A stretch of 64,000 nucleotides of DNA. Source: Candidatus Hydrothermia bacterium (GTDB lineage Bacteria > Hydrothermota > Hydrothermia > UBA1063). The stretch covers positions 423,926 to 487,925 of the forward strand of contig JBNARF010000002.1 of NCBI GenBank assembly GCA_049719805.1. Direction: 5' to 3'. A program made the translations under genes and the position numbers. The notes under the pieces are model-generated. The model was not told the origin of the DNA. It did no database searches and worked only from the letters and a program-made list of their open reading frames with translations. Shown here piece by piece: positions 60,121 to 64,000 of this stretch (position 1 is its first letter; each line of letters starts with the position of its first letter).

Positions 60121-61181
60121 TGAAAGTTCGAAAGTTCCTTACTGTCTTAATCTATCTCTTAGTTACAAATGCTGATTTCTTGCAGGCGGGCAGGATATTA
60201 TTTGATTACACCAAAAATGAGACAGCAGGGAATGCTGACTGGGTAGTGGATCACAATTATCCTTACCCATTGCCCGCAGCCCCTACTTCTCCAACGGATT
60301 GGGATGGTGCAATCTCATCCTGGGGCTATTACCTTTACAGGCTCGGGCATGAAATAGTTACGCTAACACCTTCTTATGGTATAACTTATGGCAATTCATC
60401 CAATCCCCTGGATCTTTCAAATTTTGACGTTTTTATCATGCCAGAACCCCAGAATCCCTTGACTTCTTCAGAAAAAGCTGCAATACTTAACTTTATTTAC
60501 AATGGTGGTGGTTTTTTCATGGTTGCAGACCATAACAGCTCCGATAGGGATGGGGATGGATGGGATTCACCAAGAATTTTTAATGATGCCTTCGAGAACG
60601 TCCTTGGTGTTCATTTTAATGTGACGGGTGATAGGCCTAATCAGTATTCAGGGGTTTCTTACAATATATCGTATTTTGATCCAATAATTAATGGACCCTT
60701 TGGGCGTGTTAACTCAATAGGTTTTTGGTCCGGAACTTGCATAACTTTGAGAACTAATATTAACCCGAATGTTTTTGGGCTAATCTGGGTACCAGGAGCA
60801 CAACGTGATAATGACAGTATAATGTTTTTCTATGGATATTATGGACGTGGTAGGTTTGTGGGAATAGGTGATTCGTCACCCTGTGATGATGGTACGGGGA
60901 ACCCTTCAGACGATCTTTTCAATAATTGGTCCATGTATAGCGACTCCGCTCTCATCTTAAATGCCACTTTGTGGCTTCTTAATTCCGGTTCTCAGTCTTT
61001 AAGTGAAAAATCTCACATTTCACAGAGATTAGTAATTGTTGCTTACAATGACGCATTAAATCTGGTGAGATCAGGTTACATATTTTACAATGCTAATGGT
61101 CAGGAAATTACTGAAGTGAAACCAGGGTTGTACTTTGCTAAATCTCCCAATAATAGTTTCTCAAAATTATTAGTCAAGTGA
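60120..61181 (+). CDS. secreted hypothetical protein with T9SS-type C-terminal sorting tail
   Basis: Signal peptide and the C-terminal GLYFAKSP...KLLVK tail. Confidence 0.45.
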   Translation: MKVRKFLTVLIYLLVTNADFLQAGRILFDYTKNETAGNADWVVDHNYPYPLPAAPTSPTDWDGAISSWGYYLYRLGHEIVTLTPSYGITYGNSSNPLDLSNFDVFIMPEPQNPLTSSEKAAILNFIYNGGGFFMVADHNSSDRDGDGWDSPRIFNDAFENVLGVHFNVTGDRPNQYSGVSYNISYFDPIINGPFGRVNSIGFWSGTCITLRTNINPNVFGLIWVPGAQRDNDSIMFFYGYYGRGRFVGIGDSSPCDDGTGNPSDDLFNNWSMYSDSALILNATLWLLNSGSQSLSEKSHISQRLVIVAYNDALNLVRSGYIFYNANGQEITEVKPGLYFAKSPNNSFSKLLVK

Positions 61182-62464
61182 GCATGTTTGCTTTTAAGAT
61201 TCTGATTACCTTGATTTTCCTTGAAAGCCCTGCAAAGGGAGGGTCAGGAAGTTACTGGAATGTCTATTTTGATTCTGACACTCTGGATATTAAACTGGCG
61301 CGTTTTATAGGTGGTGCACAATATTCACTGGATATTTGTTTTTATGAAATTTTCCGTGATACGGTGGCAAAAGCCATCATAAGGGCTAAAGAGAGGGGGG
61401 TTAAGGTTAGGGTTATTACTGATTATGATTATTATTTCAGACCTTATATGGATAGTCTACGGAGTCACGGTATTCCCGTGATACATGAGCAAGTAGGTAG
61501 CAATACAGAACACATCATGCACAATAAGTTTATTGTGAGAGACTACAGAGACTCTGACACCACCAATGATTACATCTGGACGGGGAGCTATAATGCTTCG
61601 GACTATACAAGATTAAATGCAGAAAACGCGGTAGTTATAAAGAGCCACGCTGTTGCAACAGCCTACTTCTACGAATTTAATCAAATGTGGGGAGATACAG
61701 GAGATATACCGGATACGCTTAATTCCAGAACGGGAACGCGTAAGATTGACGCCTATCCCCAGCATCTTTTTGTGGTTAATGGAGATTCCATCTGGGTTTA
61801 CTTTTCTCCTCAGAACAGACCTATACAGTACTTGATAAATTTCGTTAACAATGCTTTGGATTCAATAGGGTATTTGATTTACAGTTATACGAGACAGGAC
61901 CTGGCTGATGCTATGATAGCAGCCTTTCACAGGGGGGTTTTCGTGGGAGGTGTCCACGATGCCAGTGATGCAAACTCACCCTATTCAGTTTTTAATTATC
62001 TTAGAGAAAATCAATTGCCAGTTTACATAGACAATCTGCCATCAAATTACAGTTTACTTCATCACAAGTTCATGGTTCTGGATAAAATGATGGTTATCAC
62101 GGGTTCGATGAACTGGTCCAATAATGGGAATCAAAGTAATGATGAAAACACCATAATTATAAAAAATTCCTCCATTGCCTCTTTGTTCTGGGAGGAATTC
62201 AAAAAACGTTATTATGAAGCCGTGGGTATTACTGAAGCGTATAGTAAAAGTGTGGAGTCAGTTTTTCTTTTTAACGGGTCGAGTTTTGACACGGGTTTTC
62301 AGGGATTTTCGGTTTTTGATGTATATGGTAGAAAGGTATTTGAAAGCCCTGATGGGCGACATTGGACTGGTAATGACTACAGTGGCGTTGCTGTAAGGCC
62401 AGGAATTTACTTCATCAAAGATATTAGGAGTCAGCGGGTATTGAAGTTAATAAAAGCCTTTTAA
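61178..62464 (+). CDS. phospholipase D-family protein (two HKD motifs) with T9SS-type C-terminal tail
   Basis: HNKFIVRD and HHKFMVLD...GSMNWS motifs, and the C-terminal GIYFIKDIRSQRVLKLIK tail. Confidence 0.7.
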   Translation: MSMFAFKILITLIFLESPAKGGSGSYWNVYFDSDTLDIKLARFIGGAQYSLDICFYEIFRDTVAKAIIRAKERGVKVRVITDYDYYFRPYMDSLRSHGIPVIHEQVGSNTEHIMHNKFIVRDYRDSDTTNDYIWTGSYNASDYTRLNAENAVVIKSHAVATAYFYEFNQMWGDTGDIPDTLNSRTGTRKIDAYPQHLFVVNGDSIWVYFSPQNRPIQYLINFVNNALDSIGYLIYSYTRQDLADAMIAAFHRGVFVGGVHDASDANSPYSVFNYLRENQLPVYIDNLPSNYSLLHHKFMVLDKMMVITGSMNWSNNGNQSNDENTIIIKNSSIASLFWEEFKKRYYEAVGITEAYSKSVESVFLFNGSSFDTGFQGFSVFDVYGRKVFESPDGRHWTGNDYSGVAVRPGIYFIKDIRSQRVLKLIKAF

Positions 62465-62470
62465 GAGGCA

Positions 62471-64000
62471 TCAAACCATATCCACGGGATCTACGTATAT
62501 AGAGATACTTACCTTCTTAGGGGGTTTACTATCTCTGAGGAAGTTGAGCTTTAAAGGAAATTCAGGATCCTTATACTTTAGCAAAATTCTCAGAATGTAA
62601 TTTCCAGCCTTCCTGCTCACTGGTGCCGGAACCGGGCCAAGGATCTCCAGGCTTTCCTCACTAAGGGCCTTTATCTTCTCTTTGATCTCTTCGGCAACGT
62701 TCCTTAAATTTTCCATTTCCGGCCCTGCGATTTCTATTAAAGTAATATAAACAAATGGTGGGTATACAAATTTTTCCCGTTCTTTTAACTCCATCTCTGC
62801 GAATTTTTCGTAGTTCATCTCAGCTGCAAATCTTATTGCCCTGGATTCGGGATTAAAGGTTTGAATCACTACCTTACCACCGGTTCTAATTCTTCCTATA
62901 ATTTGAAGTAAAAGCTGGAATACTTTTTCTTCAGCTCTAAAGTCAGGAAGGCCCAACCCGATATCTGCATTGACAACACCCACAACTTTAAGATTTGGAA
63001 AGTCAAAACCTTTACCCACCATTTTCGTACCCACAAGAATATTCAAGCTTCCCCTTAAAAATTCTCTAAATGTCATCTCATCTACTCCTTCCCGGATAAA
63101 GGCATCTAAATCAAAGCGTTTAACCTGGGTCTCTGGAAAGTATCTTTTGACTGTCTCTTCAATTTTTTGTGTTCCTGTTCCTGAAAGTTTAAGGTTTGGT
63201 GAACCACAGGAGGGACATACGTCTGGAAAATCTGTAGCATATCCGCAGGTGTGGCATTTTAATTTACCCTCGGTTTTGTGATATACAAGGTTTACCGAGC
63301 AGTTCGGGCATTTGAGGATGTATCCGCAATCTGTGCATATCATAAACGTGGAGTACCCCCTTCTGTTTAAAAAAAGTATTACCTGTTTTTTCTGTTCCAG
63401 GGCCTTTTTTATTTCGTCAAGAAGCTCCAGGGAAAAGAGAATTTGGCTTTTTCTTTTTCTCATGTCAATTATCTCGACCTTTGGCAACCGATATTGTGGG
63501 ACTCTCTCGGGAAGGTTCAGTAAAAGGTATTCGCCTTTCTTTGCACGATAATAGGATTCCAGCGATGGGCTGGCACTTCCCAGAAGAACCTTTATGTTAT
63601 TTAACTCTGCGAGTTTGATAGCCACATCCCTGGCATGGTAAGATGGTGAGCCTTCTATCTCCTTATAAGATGAATCGTGCTCTTCATCAATAATGATAAT
63701 CCCCGGATCTTTTATTGGTAAGAAAAGTGCTGATCTTGGGCCTATGAGAATCTTTTTTTCTCCATTTCTTACTGCTTTAAAAACCCACCGTCTCTCAGAA
63801 TCTGAGAGTCTTGAGTGGTAGAAGACCACCTGATCATGAAAAACCTGGCTAAAATAGTTGAAAATTTGCGGGGTTAATGCTATCTCGGGGACAAGAACAA
63901 TTGCAGACTTACCCTCCTTTAAGTAACGTTCTATGATCCAGGTATATACTCTTGTTTTTCCACTTCCTGTAACTCCCAAAAGTAGATTAACTCTTTTATC
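62471..64000 (-). CDS. priA: primosomal protein N' (PriA helicase), 5' end beyond the window
   Basis: Walker A GVTGSGKT, the DEEH motif, a Cys4 zinc-binding insert and the C-terminal domain. The ORF runs to the window edge. Confidence 0.85.
   Translation of the reverse strand, partial: DKRVNLLLGVTGSGKTRVYTWIIERYLKEGKSAIVLVPEIALTPQIFNYFSQVFHDQVVFYHSRLSDSERRWVFKAVRNGEKKILIGPRSALFLPIKDPGIIIIDEEHDSSYKEIEGSPSYHARDVAIKLAELNNIKVLLGSASPSLESYYRAKKGEYLLLNLPERVPQYRLPKVEIIDMRKRKSQILFSLELLDEIKKALEQKKQVILFLNRRGYSTFMICTDCGYILKCPNCSVNLVYHKTEGKLKCHTCGYATDFPDVCPSCGSPNLKLSGTGTQKIEETVKRYFPETQVKRFDLDAFIREGVDEMTFREFLRGSLNILVGTKMVGKGFDFPNLKVVGVVNADIGLGLPDFRAEEKVFQLLLQIIGRIRTGGKVVIQTFNPESRAIRFAAEMNYEKFAEMELKEREKFVYPPFVYITLIEIAGPEMENLRNVAEEIKEKIKALSEESLEILGPVPAPVSRKAGNYILRILLKYKDPEFPLKLNFLRDSKPPKKVSISIYVDPVDMV

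Overview
This 64 kb window is AT-rich (about 38% GC) and looks like a thermophile-style diderm chromosome. The first ~11 kb is an accessory defense island, the next ~4 kb holds a tRNA-Asn and long ORF-free spacers, and the rest is mostly housekeeping. The island (733-10761, all minus strand) has a DUF499 P-loop ATPase (BrxC/PglY-like). It also has a DUF1156 Zn-ribbon N6-adenine DNA methyltransferase (PglXI-like), which here is broken by two frameshifts at short homopolymer tracts. Two uncharacterized, translationally coupled ORFs (316 aa and 79 aa) follow. The last gene is a 1113-aa SNF2-family helicase with a C-terminal DUF3883. This matches the predicted DUF499-DUF1156-helicase restriction-like module, the core of BREX type 3, but no PglZ or BrxA is visible, and the module carries an extra unknown gene pair. 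The island sits about 4 kb from a tRNA-Asn(GUU) gene (14723-14795, minus strand). The housekeeping part contains lptA-lptB-rpoN-kdtA, ispE-ribE-trpS, valS, dxs, mcsA-mcsB, trxB, rnr, cmk-plsC-ispH-rpsA, a MiaB-like methylthiotransferase and a partial priA. Notable non-core items are listed here. A cobalamin riboswitch (about 52385-52555, minus strand) drives a BtuB-like TonB receptor, a BtuG-like beta-propeller lipoprotein and a Cys-rich protein. Five small genes carry SHOCT and Toastrack domains. Two DUF5320-like genes lie next to a ~940-bp ORF-free region. An 18-bp palindromic operator sits at the TetR gene start. Two secreted proteins have T9SS-type C-terminal tails, and one of them is a two-HKD PLD. 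The TrpRS has a C-terminal C-x20-C-x6-C-x2-C motif. No CRISPR array, integrase or transposase was found.
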